Below, in pieces: positions 31,443-41,479 of a stretch of 64,000 bases of DNA. The notes beneath the pieces were generated by a model that made no database searches, was not told where the DNA came from, and saw only the letters and a list, made by a program, of their open reading frames with translations. The translations under genes and the position numbers were made by a program. The stretch's first letter is position 1. Each line of letters begins with the position of its first letter. The stretch spans positions 928,001-992,000 of the forward strand of contig CAVRJM010000001.1 in assembly GCA_963722075.1 (NCBI GenBank). Reading direction: 5' to 3'. This DNA is from Candidatus Babeliales bacterium (GTDB taxonomy: Bacteria > Babelota > Babeliae > Babelales > JANWKD01).

Positions 31443-31550
31443 TTTTTAATCCTAGGTAATTACAAACTACAGCTAACTAATGCAATTATTGCATAACATA
31501 CCGTTATAAAGGTATATTTTTAATAAATAAGTAAAAAAAGGATAACTATT

Positions 31551-33101
31551 ATGAATCAAATAAAAATAGTAATGGTGCTAGTAATGAGCATATGGTGTTA
31601 TCACAATAGTAATGCCATGAATGAACCCCTCGTTCCACTCATGGAACAATTAAAAGGTAAATTAAATGAATTGGGAAATGTACTTACCGGGCGCGGACCA
31701 ATACCATCAGTTACTATTCCTACAACAACTACACCAACGCCATCAATTGAACAGGTGCCATTTACTGAACAAAATACAATAGTGAAAGGGTATATAGATA
31801 AATTAATATTTAAGGATGCCGCATATAATTTGAAGAATAACATTGATCAAATTTATAACTATATAAAAAAGATCGTTCCATTTTCTTTTGATGACTTTTT
31901 AAATGTAGAAGATAATTATGTTGATAATTTATACATTATTATTTCTTTAGAATTAGCTTCCTATAGCGCTGAAGAAAAACAAGCACTCTACAATTTAATT
32001 TTCTATTGGACTTCATTTATAGATTCTCAACAAACAGCAATCAAAAATCTTATTAAAAATAAAAATAATATAAATAAATATGAAAAAATACGAGCAGCTC
32101 AAAAAGCTTTAGAGGAACAAATTTTTATAGTAGTAAAACCAACCCATGGCGCCGGCCCATCTCGCCCTGTCACGCAACAAACAACACATGATCTTATTTT
32201 TCCGTCAGCGTATTTGGTTAATAATGAAAATTATGCACAGTATGTACCTGCAGAAGTCCCTATAAAAATAGGTAATAATCGCCTCCAACAAGTACTCACT
32301 ATAAGTCAATTTTTAACGCCTGATAATTTATTTATCACTACTAATCCACAAGTAATTATAGATCTAATAGGTTTAAGAATGAAAAAATACATTGATTTCC
32401 TTCTTAAATTTAATGCCGATTTGCCCCCACAAAATCCGAATATCGAAGACATTGTTATTGGCGGAGGTGCTGCTCCTAGTTGCGCGTACCAAGCATTAAG
32501 GAATTGTGCAATTCTAATTGAAGCATTTGATGCACGCTCTAATAATGAATATGATCAAAAAATTTCTCAATTTTATAATTTAAAAAATCTTAACTCTTTG
32601 TTTGGTAAACCAGAAAGTAATAAATTAGTAGGAAACCCACAAGAAAATGGTAAATGGAGAGAATTTATTATTAACCGAAGAATTTCTCAACATGCTGATA
32701 CAGATAATGGCGATTGGTTATTTGCCCCTGAAATGAAAGTATTAATAAATAACTTATTGAAACGGTTTATAAATACCATTGTGGTACTCGAAGATATGGA
32801 TGATTTGAAAAGTAGTGATTCTTATGAAAGACTTAAAAAAGAATTAACTCAGCCTAATAAAATTGGTGGATTTATTCTTTTTCATCCTTCTCCGGATAAT
32901 CCTAATGGCCATTGGTTTGCATTAGTAGTTACTACTAATGCTCAAGGCAGAAAAACATTTACTATTGCAGATTCTACCAACACCCCACGCTACCCAAAGG
33001 AAGACGATCAATTCACAAAAAATGAATTCACTAACAAACTTTTAGATTATATTATTACTGATTTTAACAGAGAAGTTTTTAGGAGAGTTACGTGGTTGTA
33101 A
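31551..33101 (+). CDS. Exported protein with leucine-heptad segment and C-terminal cysteine-protease-like domain
   Basis: Signal peptide; SCAYQALRN...GHWFALVV...IADS. Confidence 0.6.
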   Translation: MNQIKIVMVLVMSIWCYHNSNAMNEPLVPLMEQLKGKLNELGNVLTGRGPIPSVTIPTTTTPTPSIEQVPFTEQNTIVKGYIDKLIFKDAAYNLKNNIDQIYNYIKKIVPFSFDDFLNVEDNYVDNLYIIISLELASYSAEEKQALYNLIFYWTSFIDSQQTAIKNLIKNKNNINKYEKIRAAQKALEEQIFIVVKPTHGAGPSRPVTQQTTHDLIFPSAYLVNNENYAQYVPAEVPIKIGNNRLQQVLTISQFLTPDNLFITTNPQVIIDLIGLRMKKYIDFLLKFNADLPPQNPNIEDIVIGGGAAPSCAYQALRNCAILIEAFDARSNNEYDQKISQFYNLKNLNSLFGKPESNKLVGNPQENGKWREFIINRRISQHADTDNGDWLFAPEMKVLINNLLKRFINTIVVLEDMDDLKSSDSYERLKKELTQPNKIGGFILFHPSPDNPNGHWFALVVTTNAQGRKTFTIADSTNTPRYPKEDDQFTKNEFTNKLLDYIITDFNREVFRRVTWL

Positions 33102-33188
33102 GTTATCCGACCTGCTCTTATACCTTTATCTCTTTTTGACAAATATGAATTAAAATTATAAACTATTTCTTATTAAGAAGAGAGAAAT

Positions 33189-34091
33189 ATGTTTTTAATT
33201 GTTTTTTTATATGCCCTTCTGGCAGGCACATTCACTTTAGGCAAAATGATTCTTGCCTATACGCAACCCATTTTTGTGGTAGGTATGCGCATGTCAATTT
33301 CAGGGGCCATATTACTCCTTTATCATTTTGTAACCAATCGCACCCAATTACGCATTCAAAAACAGCATATAGTACCATTCATAAAAGCAACTATTTTTAC
33401 GATTTATATCCCCTATTTATTGCGCTATTGGGGATTAGTGTATTTAACCCCAAGCAAAGCATGCTTAATATACCATTGCGGTCCTTTTTTAAGTTATTTT
33501 TTCTCGTATATTTTTTATAATGAAGCAGCGCGCTTTAAAAAAATTACTGGATTATGTATTGGATTTGTAGGTCTTTTACCACTCATTATTACTTCTGCAT
33601 CAGCGGCCACACAACAGCATGGTTTATATTTCTTGCCAGAACTGGCTATTTTGATTGCTGTTTCTTGTATGAGTTATGGATGGCTCATTATTCATCAACT
33701 CATTAATCAAGAACAATATCCGCCAAGCATGACCAACGGCATTATTATGTTTGCTGGCGGCATTTGTGCATTGCTTACTTCATTTATTTTTGAAGATCCA
33801 CAGCTTTATATTACTGAATTTATGCCTTTTGCTACATTGCTCGCACTTATCATCATTGTCAGTAATTTAATTTGCCATAATTTATATGGGGCATTACTGC
33901 GTAGCTATACACCCACTATGCTTTCATTCACCAGCTTTTTATCACCGGTTTTTACCGCATTATATGGATGGCTGTTTATGAATGAAGTAATACCATGGTA
34001 TTTTTATTTATCTTCGTTAATTATTTTTAGTGGATTATTTTTATTTTATAGCGATGAGTTACGACAACAACAAGTAAGCAGGGCAGCTTAA
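33189..34091 (+). CDS. DMT/EamA family transporter
   Basis: About 10 TM segments with EamA duplication pattern. Confidence 0.85.
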   Translation: MFLIVFLYALLAGTFTLGKMILAYTQPIFVVGMRMSISGAILLLYHFVTNRTQLRIQKQHIVPFIKATIFTIYIPYLLRYWGLVYLTPSKACLIYHCGPFLSYFFSYIFYNEAARFKKITGLCIGFVGLLPLIITSASAATQQHGLYFLPELAILIAVSCMSYGWLIIHQLINQEQYPPSMTNGIIMFAGGICALLTSFIFEDPQLYITEFMPFATLLALIIIVSNLICHNLYGALLRSYTPTMLSFTSFLSPVFTALYGWLFMNEVIPWYFYLSSLIIFSGLFLFYSDELRQQQVSRAA

Positions 34092-36017
34092 TTATTGTCC
34101 AAAACCTCCACCGCCACCACTAACAGTTGTTTTACCCTTCATAGCATTACGCCGATTTTTAATTGCATTGAATAGATTGTCCGTAAAGGTATCTTGTTGT
34201 TTTGGTGTTCGCCCTTGGTCTTGTTTAACTTCTTTAAGCGTTCTCCCTGCCCTAATAGAATCAAGTAACGCCTGCCATTTAGGATCAGCTACTTGTTGCG
34301 GGGTTGTTGGGATATTTTTCTTTTCCATTTGAGGCTGTTCTGCAACAATATTTCCTACTGGTTGTAGTAATGCTTCCTGATTTTCGTTTTGGACTGCTAA
34401 CAACTGCTCACGTCGATCACCTAATGCGATTAACCGCCTTGCATCTTCACGCAATACATCATCAGATAGGTCTTTTTCCTGAGTACTGTTATCAATAGCG
34501 TTATAAAGCACGGATGCTTGATTACCCAATTGCGCAGCGCCCTCCACTGCTATTAAAGAAGGATCTGCCGCATAAATAGAACGAATGGCTTCATCAAAAT
34601 CTGTTAACACTGAATCAAACATTTCTGCTGTTTTAACAGGGTCATCAATTTGCTCTTCAATACTAGTAATGTTTGATTCTACCGTATTAGGAATCTGTAC
34701 AATAGAAGCATCAATCCTATGAGCACTTTTATTAGCTTCAGCTATTTTTTGATACTCAGATATGTTTTCTATTGCCCTTCTTCCATTTTCTAATGCGGTA
34801 CGCAAATGGATATCCCATGCTTGCGCTTGTTCAATAGCATTATTACTTCTCTGAAAGAGCTCTATCATATTATTTGTCTCTTCGGGGCTTAAGCTTTCTT
34901 GTATTGCAAGTTTTAGTCCCTGATTTCCAAAATTATCTGCAAACATTTGATAGGTTGAACGTACTAAACTTGCAACATATGCTTGCTCATCTGGCACCAT
35001 TTGTTCAAAATCAGTAAGAGCCAATTGCTCTAATGTAGTTTGAAAATTTTCATATGCTGATGATTGTAAAGCCGCCATTGGGTCTTTTCTAATGTCGGCT
35101 AAAATTGAATCCCGCTGGCTTTTAAAACTATCATACATATACGGAACATCAAAAAAAGTTTTAATGAATTCTCGTGAATATGTCTCCTCTTCTGGCGTTT
35201 GTAATAATTGGTGCAATTCCGCCGGCTTCAATAATTTACCCAGGACATCGTTTATCTCGTTCACCAAAGCATTATTTTCTTGTTTGTTAAGTTCTAATCT
35301 ATCAAGCAAATAGAGCAAATCAACAACTGCTCTTTTTATATCTTTACGAATTGCAGCAACGTCGGTAGTCTTTTTTACTTCCGATAATAAATTTAATGAG
35401 TCTAAGTCAACCCTAACTCGCTCTATAGCCACTGGCATTTCTTGAGCTAATGATTGTTTTTGCCGAGCTGCGTTTAATGGATCTCCGCCCAATTTTCCAT
35501 AGATATCTATTAGGTCTGATCGTAGGGTATTTGCATCACCAATCCCCCATTTAATCAGTAACTTTTTACCCCATTCTTGAAATTTTAGATTTACTCGATC
35601 CAAAAATGATACTTTTGGTCGCCCACCAGCACCGGTAAAAAGACTTTGCACTTCTGCTTCTTGTTTTTGCAATGCAGCAATATCAGCACTTAGTCCATTT
35701 ATCGTTTTAGCATCTGATTTCACATCATTAGAAGCTTGTGGATCACTCTCAATCTTGCTTAATAAATCCTTTATTGTTTGCTCATTACGCTCACCAACCG
35801 GTTTATCAAGCTCCTTATCTAATTCATTTTTTGCATCTTCACCTTCAGGTGATAACCTTTCATCTTGCAGTCTTTGACGTAATTGTGTTTCTGCCGTTGA
35901 ACGTTCAGTTTGTTTACTGGTTATTTCTCTTTCTATCGCTTGTTCAGGACCCTCTCCAGCATAGGTATTCCAACAAAATGAAAAGAGAATTATTAAAAGA
36001 ATGGTATTGAGCTTCAT
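34092..36017 (-). CDS. Exported helical protein with C-terminal WH2-like motif
   Basis: Signal peptide; ALLDSIRAGRTLKEV followed by LFNAIKNRRNAM. Confidence 0.7.
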   Translation of the reverse strand: MKLNTILLIILFSFCWNTYAGEGPEQAIEREITSKQTERSTAETQLRQRLQDERLSPEGEDAKNELDKELDKPVGERNEQTIKDLLSKIESDPQASNDVKSDAKTINGLSADIAALQKQEAEVQSLFTGAGGRPKVSFLDRVNLKFQEWGKKLLIKWGIGDANTLRSDLIDIYGKLGGDPLNAARQKQSLAQEMPVAIERVRVDLDSLNLLSEVKKTTDVAAIRKDIKRAVVDLLYLLDRLELNKQENNALVNEINDVLGKLLKPAELHQLLQTPEEETYSREFIKTFFDVPYMYDSFKSQRDSILADIRKDPMAALQSSAYENFQTTLEQLALTDFEQMVPDEQAYVASLVRSTYQMFADNFGNQGLKLAIQESLSPEETNNMIELFQRSNNAIEQAQAWDIHLRTALENGRRAIENISEYQKIAEANKSAHRIDASIVQIPNTVESNITSIEEQIDDPVKTAEMFDSVLTDFDEAIRSIYAADPSLIAVEGAAQLGNQASVLYNAIDNSTQEKDLSDDVLREDARRLIALGDRREQLLAVQNENQEALLQPVGNIVAEQPQMEKKNIPTTPQQVADPKWQALLDSIRAGRTLKEVKQDQGRTPKQQDTFTDNLFNAIKNRRNAMKGKTTVSGGGGGFGQ

Positions 36018-36099
36018 TATTTACCTCATTTCAAACCGTAATTCAATATACTTATTTTACTATTATTTTAATATTAATAGAATATAAATTGCAATGGTT

Positions 36100-37550
36100 T
36101 GTTAGTGCAAAGTGATAAATTCCTCTTATAGCGCAAAGTAAAAAGTTCCGGTTTTTAGGGTAAACTTAATCTTGAAGAAAAAAAGAATAAACCCTAAAAA
36201 TACACCGGAACTTATATGGAATATATTACCATGAATAAGAAAGAACGAGAACAGGCAAAAGTGTTTGCTCAGGTTAAAGAAGGAAAGCTGACAAAGGCAG
36301 AGGCAGCGGAACGCCTGAGGTTTACCAGGCGCTGGGTAAGGGAAAAATATACAAGATACTGCCAGTTAGATGACTTTGGCTTAGTACATGGCAATAGAGG
36401 AAAGGCAAGCCCGAATAGGTGGGATCAAGAGGAGAGGCAACTGTTAATAACCTTGTTGGAAGGCGATTGGCAAGGCTTTGGACCAACCTTTGCAGCTGAA
36501 AAGCTTAATGAGTTACATGGGATACAGGTAAGCCGAGAAGTTGTTAGAAAGGCTATGATCGAAGAGGGTTTATGGCATTCCAGAAAACGAAGTGGTAAAC
36601 ATCGTAAACGACGAGAAAGAAAACTAATGTTTGGCATGATGATTCAGCTTGATGGGTCACCACATGACTGGTTTGAAGGTCGTGCTCCAGAATGTACGCT
36701 ACTTGTTTTCATTGACGATGCTACCAGCCGTATTCTTTGGCTTGAATTTGCTCCATCTGAATCAGTATTTGCTTTAATGGCGGCAACTAAAAATTACATT
36801 GAGAAATATGGAATTCCTCAAACTTTTTACGTAGACCATGGATCTGTTTTTCATGTTAATTTGAATAATAAAGATGATATTAAAAAGACTCAATGGGAGC
36901 GTGCTTGCGAATCTATAGACATTGAGATTGAACATGCCCATAGCCCTCAGGCAAAAGGACGTGTTGAACGATGCAATCAAACCATGCAAGATCGCCTTAT
37001 TAAAGAGATGAGGCTTGCTGGCATATCATCAATAACTGCTGCAAATAATTATCTAAGAGCGAGTAACTTTATCACCAAGCATAATGCTGCATTCCAAGTC
37101 CCTCCAACTCAACAAGGCAATGCACATGCTGATGCTCAATCTTATGACTTAGCCGATGTATTCAGCATGCAAGAGACTCGCATTCTTATGAACGATTTTA
37201 CTATTACTTACCACAATCGCATTTTTCAATTGACTCCGCATCAGAAAACAATTCTACGCCCAAAGGATATTATTGTTGTTAAGGTGCATTTAGATGGAGA
37301 AATTAAACTGTGGATTAGAAAAACAGCGCTTGCTTTTAGTGAAATTTATCAACGAGTAACCCCACAAGTTCAGGAGAAAAAAATAGTAGATTACAAACCA
37401 AGAAAGCCTTCACAGAGCAGTCAACGTTGGGTAAGCGGTTTACCCCCTCGCGAGAGTAGGGTGAAGCCGGCTGCGCCGGCCGTGGAGGCGCTTTAATGAG
37501 AGGAACTTTTTACTTTGCAAAATAGTGGAATTTTTCACGTTGCTTTGACA
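36100..37550 (+). mobile_element. Insertion sequence, IS1202/ISNCY-like, 1451 bp
   Basis: TGT...ACA ends; imperfect IRs with two internal repeats each; 17-bp direct repeat TATAAATTGCAATGGTT at 36083-36099 and 37551-37567. Confidence 0.92.
36216..37496 (+). CDS. DDE (rve-type) transposase
   Basis: HTH; QLDGSPHDW, FIDDATS, YVDHGS, PQAKGRVER. Confidence 0.95.
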   Translation: MEYITMNKKEREQAKVFAQVKEGKLTKAEAAERLRFTRRWVREKYTRYCQLDDFGLVHGNRGKASPNRWDQEERQLLITLLEGDWQGFGPTFAAEKLNELHGIQVSREVVRKAMIEEGLWHSRKRSGKHRKRRERKLMFGMMIQLDGSPHDWFEGRAPECTLLVFIDDATSRILWLEFAPSESVFALMAATKNYIEKYGIPQTFYVDHGSVFHVNLNNKDDIKKTQWERACESIDIEIEHAHSPQAKGRVERCNQTMQDRLIKEMRLAGISSITAANNYLRASNFITKHNAAFQVPPTQQGNAHADAQSYDLADVFSMQETRILMNDFTITYHNRIFQLTPHQKTILRPKDIIVVKVHLDGEIKLWIRKTALAFSEIYQRVTPQVQEKKIVDYKPRKPSQSSQRWVSGLPPRESRVKPAAPAVEAL

Positions 37551-37582
37551 TATAAATTGCAATGGTTATACAAATAAAAAAA

Positions 37583-37627
37583 AGGGTAAAAATACTTAAA
37601 AATTAATGTTTTAAGTATTTTTACCCT
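37583..37627. terminator. AT-rich inverted repeat, probable terminator
   Basis: AGGGTAAAAATACTTAAAA/TTTTAAGTATTTTTACCCT. Confidence 0.6.
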
Positions 37628-37666
37628 AAAATTAAGAAGCTAGGATGGGATATACCTATTGAAAAA

Positions 37667-38590
37667 TTACTTCTTTAAAATATTTTCTAGACACATTCTC
37701 ATAAGCCATATCGAACCTGTTTGTATAGCTATAGTTAATGGATTTCGTTGTGCATTATCATTTTTTGACAATACAATATCTGGGTGAGCCAATAATAAAG
37801 CAACAATAGCAGAATGCCCCTTCATTGAAGCATGATTAAGAGCAGTAGAACCAAATTCATCATAACGGTTGACCTGAACGTCATTTCGTTTGAGTATCAA
37901 TTCTACGGCTTCTTTATTGCCATCGGCTGCAGCAAACATAAGCGGCGTATATCCCCATCTATCAACCGCATTTATATTTAGACCAGGTTCTTCTAACAAA
38001 GTTTTTAGACTCTCATTATCTTGTTTGTTTAATGCAACAAAAACCAAATTAAAATCATATTTTTTAAGTTCCTCAAAAGGCGTGTTCAACGCTATACCAG
38101 TTATTTTATTATTACAAACAAAATCTTTATAAGCATCCTTATGTTTAATATCCACCTGCACCCCACGAGCCAAACTTATCAAAGAAAGTATTGATTTTAT
38201 ATCACTTGGAATAGCGTTTTTTTGGCAAGCAGGTTGGCTGGCTACCGTTACGGCAGAAAAAAACCGTAAGCTAGGAACCGAACTTTTTTCTAAAAAACCT
38301 TCCATTTCTTCAGCTAATTCTTTATTAGATTTCATTACATTAGATCCATTTACTAACTGATTTTTTTCAGTTAAATACGCTAAATCATCAACTAAAGGCG
38401 GCATAGCCGCTTTTTGATACGCATCACACCTACACATGCCATTCCCACACTGATGCACCGGTTTTTGATAACCGTATTGCTCCCATAATTGGCTATCAGG
38501 TTCTAATGACCATAATTCCATACCATTGGCATAAGAAGAAAATCCTAATAAGAAAATAAAGTATAAATACAAAAACATAGAAATGCTCAC
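37667..38590 (-). CDS. Exported ankyrin-repeat protein with SOCS/BC-box-like motif
   Basis: Signal peptide; VPSLRFFS...IPSDI; GYTPLMFAA, GSTALNHAS. Confidence 0.85.
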   Translation of the reverse strand: MSISMFLYLYFIFLLGFSSYANGMELWSLEPDSQLWEQYGYQKPVHQCGNGMCRCDAYQKAAMPPLVDDLAYLTEKNQLVNGSNVMKSNKELAEEMEGFLEKSSVPSLRFFSAVTVASQPACQKNAIPSDIKSILSLISLARGVQVDIKHKDAYKDFVCNNKITGIALNTPFEELKKYDFNLVFVALNKQDNESLKTLLEEPGLNINAVDRWGYTPLMFAAADGNKEAVELILKRNDVQVNRYDEFGSTALNHASMKGHSAIVALLLAHPDIVLSKNDNAQRNPLTIAIQTGSIWLMRMCLENILKK

Positions 38591-38679
38591 TTAATATTTT
38601 AAAAAAATTATAATTGTAACAAAATAATTATAACAAACTAAGGTAATAACGCAACCAAAGCCATTTTTAACATAAATCG

Positions 38680-39588
38680 CTATATGGAATTAAAAAACTC
38701 GGAAACCCGTTTTATATATTCTTGGGGATATTTTTTATAGATACGGGCATGAATAGCATGGTCAACAATCCATAGTTTTTTATGACCAGAAACTGCATCA
38801 TGTAAGGCATGTGCTGCCGCAACATCAGCCATTGCATCATGATTAGAATGAATAATAAATATAGGTGTTTTTAAACGTTGCCCACAAGCAATGCTATTAA
38901 CATCAGACATACGACAGCTACACATATAACTAAAGATAGAATTACATACATGAATAAAGGGCATTAAAGGAAGTCCTGTTTTTTCGGGAAATATTTTAGC
39001 AATTTGCTCATCTAATTGCTTAAAAGCCGAATCAACTACAATTCCTTTAAATTCATTCTGCTCAGCAGCAGCGGCTAATAATGAAACAGCACCCATAGAA
39101 ACGCCGATACCAAAAATGGGTAATTGACGCGTTTTTTCATGCGTTTTTAAATAATTAAATGCCGCAAGCACATCATCTTTTTCATAGAAACCAATGGTAG
39201 TATAATGGCCTTGGCTCTCACCATGGGCACGATAATCAAAGATTAAAATATTATCATCAGGAAATAGCCGTATAAGATTAAAAAGCCGTTCTTTACCGCG
39301 CGAATACCCATGGCACAATAATAGATTACGCTGCGCCTGAGGACGAAGAAATAGTAATCCAGCTAAATTAATACCATCTTTGGCAGTAAAGGAAATGGGC
39401 TGACCACCATGTTCTGATCGTAATAATTCATTAAATTTTTGTGTTTGAATAATCCATGCTTCTTTATGAATACGGCGATAAATAAACTGTTTAACCACCG
39501 AATACGATATATAAAAAATAAGAGAAAAGCTTACTAATAATGTAAAAATAAGCGCTATAATTATTCTTTTAAATCCGTATTTTATCAT
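38680..39588 (-). CDS. Alpha/beta hydrolase with N-terminal TM
   Basis: CHGY, DYRAHGES, GVSMG nucleophile elbow, D and H triad candidates. Confidence 0.9.
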   Translation of the reverse strand: MIKYGFKRIIIALIFTLLVSFSLIFYISYSVVKQFIYRRIHKEAWIIQTQKFNELLRSEHGGQPISFTAKDGINLAGLLFLRPQAQRNLLLCHGYSRGKERLFNLIRLFPDDNILIFDYRAHGESQGHYTTIGFYEKDDVLAAFNYLKTHEKTRQLPIFGIGVSMGAVSLLAAAAEQNEFKGIVVDSAFKQLDEQIAKIFPEKTGLPLMPFIHVCNSIFSYMCSCRMSDVNSIACGQRLKTPIFIIHSNHDAMADVAAAHALHDAVSGHKKLWIVDHAIHARIYKKYPQEYIKRVSEFFNSI

Positions 39589-39597
39589 AGATTATCG

Positions 39598-39939
39598 CTA
39601 CAAATTAAATAATTTTTTACCAGCTAAAAAATGAAAATGAAGATGGAAAATAATTTGCCCTGCAGCAGCTCCATTATTAATTACTACATTAAAAGCATCT
39701 GCTTGTGCAATTGTTTTTGATAGATGTTGCATCTGGCTAAAAAGATTATTAATTAACGGTAAATCCTGTGGATCTATAGATTGGATATCAGCAATATGTT
39801 TCTTTGGCATAACTAAATAATGAATGGGGGCTTTTGGATGAACATCCTTTATTACCAAACAGTGCTCATCTTCAGCAATTATTTGCGCCGGCAGCTCTCC
39901 GGCAATAATTTTACAAAATATACAAGATTTTGATTCCAT
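39598..39939 (-). CDS. HIT (HINT-like) protein
   Basis: CIFCKI, PKAPIH, GQIIFHLHFH. Confidence 0.93.
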   Translation of the reverse strand: MESKSCIFCKIIAGELPAQIIAEDEHCLVIKDVHPKAPIHYLVMPKKHIADIQSIDPQDLPLINNLFSQMQHLSKTIAQADAFNVVINNGAAAGQIIFHLHFHFLAGKKLFNL

Positions 39940-39965
39940 ATTAATTACTCTTTCCTACTAATTTC

Positions 39966-40536
39966 TTATCTACGAGAACGCAACCACCATCCTAAACATC
40001 CAGTAATTGTTGCCGTTCCCAACGCAAAAAGATATGGATGCCTATTAAACCATGACATCCTATTAAATCGATAATCGTCATATTCAGTAGTATCTATTGA
40101 AACTGACCAAAAAATCCCCCTTGTTGCTTTTCCAAATTTTTAATTTGGGTGCAATTTTTAAAAAGAAATCCAATTTTTTTCTATCGGCACGGCTAAAAAC
40201 GTGATCAAAATCGCTTCCTGTAATAGATCTTCGCAATTGAAAATAACGCAAAGGATGTGTTTTACCATCCCAGCCTATTTCATAATCACGGCCGTCCATA
40301 CGAATATGGTCTATCTCTTGATCACCATAGCCATTTTTAATAGCATTAATAGCCTCTACAAATACATTAAATTCATTATCTTTTCGTGCATTATTAATTA
40401 GATATTGCCAGGTATTTTCGTGCTTTCTTTGTGGATCGGTAAATAAAGAATCTTCTGTCGAAGAATCTTCGTTTCTTTGAGAAGCATAACTACTAAAACT
40501 AGCAAATAATAATAAGCTCATAATTATTTTCTTCAT
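39966..40536 (-). CDS. Exported hypothetical protein; frame-0 stop at 40084, shifted frame continues to a membrane anchor ending at 39966
   Basis: Signal peptide; G5-A-T6 tract at 40109-40120; shifted frame reads SWFNRHPYLFALGTATITGCLGWWLRSRR. Confidence 0.55.
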
Positions 40537-40620
40537 AATTTCCTTACTATTATAAAATTAACATATAAGATATTTGCCTATTATTATACTATTAGGCGCA
40601 AATGGGAACAAGGGGGAAAG

Positions 40621-40654
40621 GACTGGCCTGCCCGGCATTTCTGAAGGAAATGAC
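40621..40654 (-). repeat. tRNA 3'-linked palindromic element
   Basis: GTCATTTCCTTCAGAAATGCCGGGCAGGCCAGT directly after CCA; same element after tRNA-Ser(GCT). Confidence 0.85.
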
Positions 40655-40741
40655 TGGTGCCGGGAGTCGGACTCGAACCGACATGGTGTTGCCACCGCGG
40701 GATTTTGAGTCCCGTGCGTCTGCCAATTTCGCCATCCCGGC
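40655..40741 (-). tRNA. tRNA-Leu(CAA)
   Basis: Cloverleaf; anticodon arm GGGA-CTCAAAA-TCCC; long variable arm; GGTTCGAGTCC; CCA. Confidence 0.96.
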
Positions 40742-40871
40742 GTATAGAATTTTCAAAAAACGGATATACAAATAGTATAGGAAAAGCTAAAAATCGTCAA
40801 TTTATCAAATAATTGACTTCCTAATTTTTAACCTAATATCCTTTAACACTAATAATTTAAGGGAGAATCGT

Positions 40872-41177
40872 ATGACCAATTTTGTAGATATTTTTAAAAG
40901 AACCGCAATAGCAATAAGTTTAACTATATTATTGCCCTTCTTAGTGTATAAAGGATTTGATTTGGTATATGAGCATCCTCACTATCCGCTCCATATTGAA
41001 GGACAAAGTAGAGAAGAATATCAAAAGCTTCATCAAGAATGGCGTGCTCAAAGGGATCGCTATGAAACGTATTATTTTGTCACCTGCTTTATTATTGGCA
41101 CCACGTTAATCGCGTTGTACAATTTGTATCGTTGCTTATTATTTTTATTCTTCTTATCGTTGCCGGCTATTATTTAG
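40872..41177 (+). CDS. Small membrane protein, possibly truncated
   Basis: RBS GGGAG; hydrophobic segments. Confidence 0.55.
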   Translation: MTNFVDIFKRTAIAISLTILLPFLVYKGFDLVYEHPHYPLHIEGQSREEYQKLHQEWRAQRDRYETYYFVTCFIIGTTLIALYNLYRCLLFLFFLSLPAII

Positions 41178-41212
41178 CTACCAACGGAAGAAGAATAGAT
41201 AGATAGTTATAA

Positions 41213-41479
41213 TTAAAATAAGTCAGAATGAGTTCCAGTACGAGAAAGAATTATTTCTGTTTTCGTTTTTCGATAAATCAAAAGCCAATCAGGTTCTATA
41301 TGGCATTCACAATAATCTTTAAAAATTCCTTTTAGCTTATGGTTTTTATTTTTAATGGGTAACGGCTTCTGATGAATTAACAAATCAACAATGTTTAAAA
41401 GTTTTTGCAGATCTTTACCTCGTTTTTTTACTTTTTCTAAGTCTTTTTCAAATCGAGATTCATAGATTAATTTTAGCAC
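41213..41479 (-). CDS. yafQ: YafQ-family mRNA interferase toxin
   Basis: FEKDL, HKLKG, ECHIEPDWLLIY, RTGTHSDLF. Confidence 0.92.
   Translation of the reverse strand: MLKLIYESRFEKDLEKVKKRGKDLQKLLNIVDLLIHQKPLPIKNKNHKLKGIFKDYCECHIEPDWLLIYRKTKTEIILSRTGTHSDLF

Noticed and set aside
36075..36100. dif/Xer-like target site for the IS
   Set aside because: The reconstructed empty site does not give a convincing 11-6-11 XerC/XerD arrangement.
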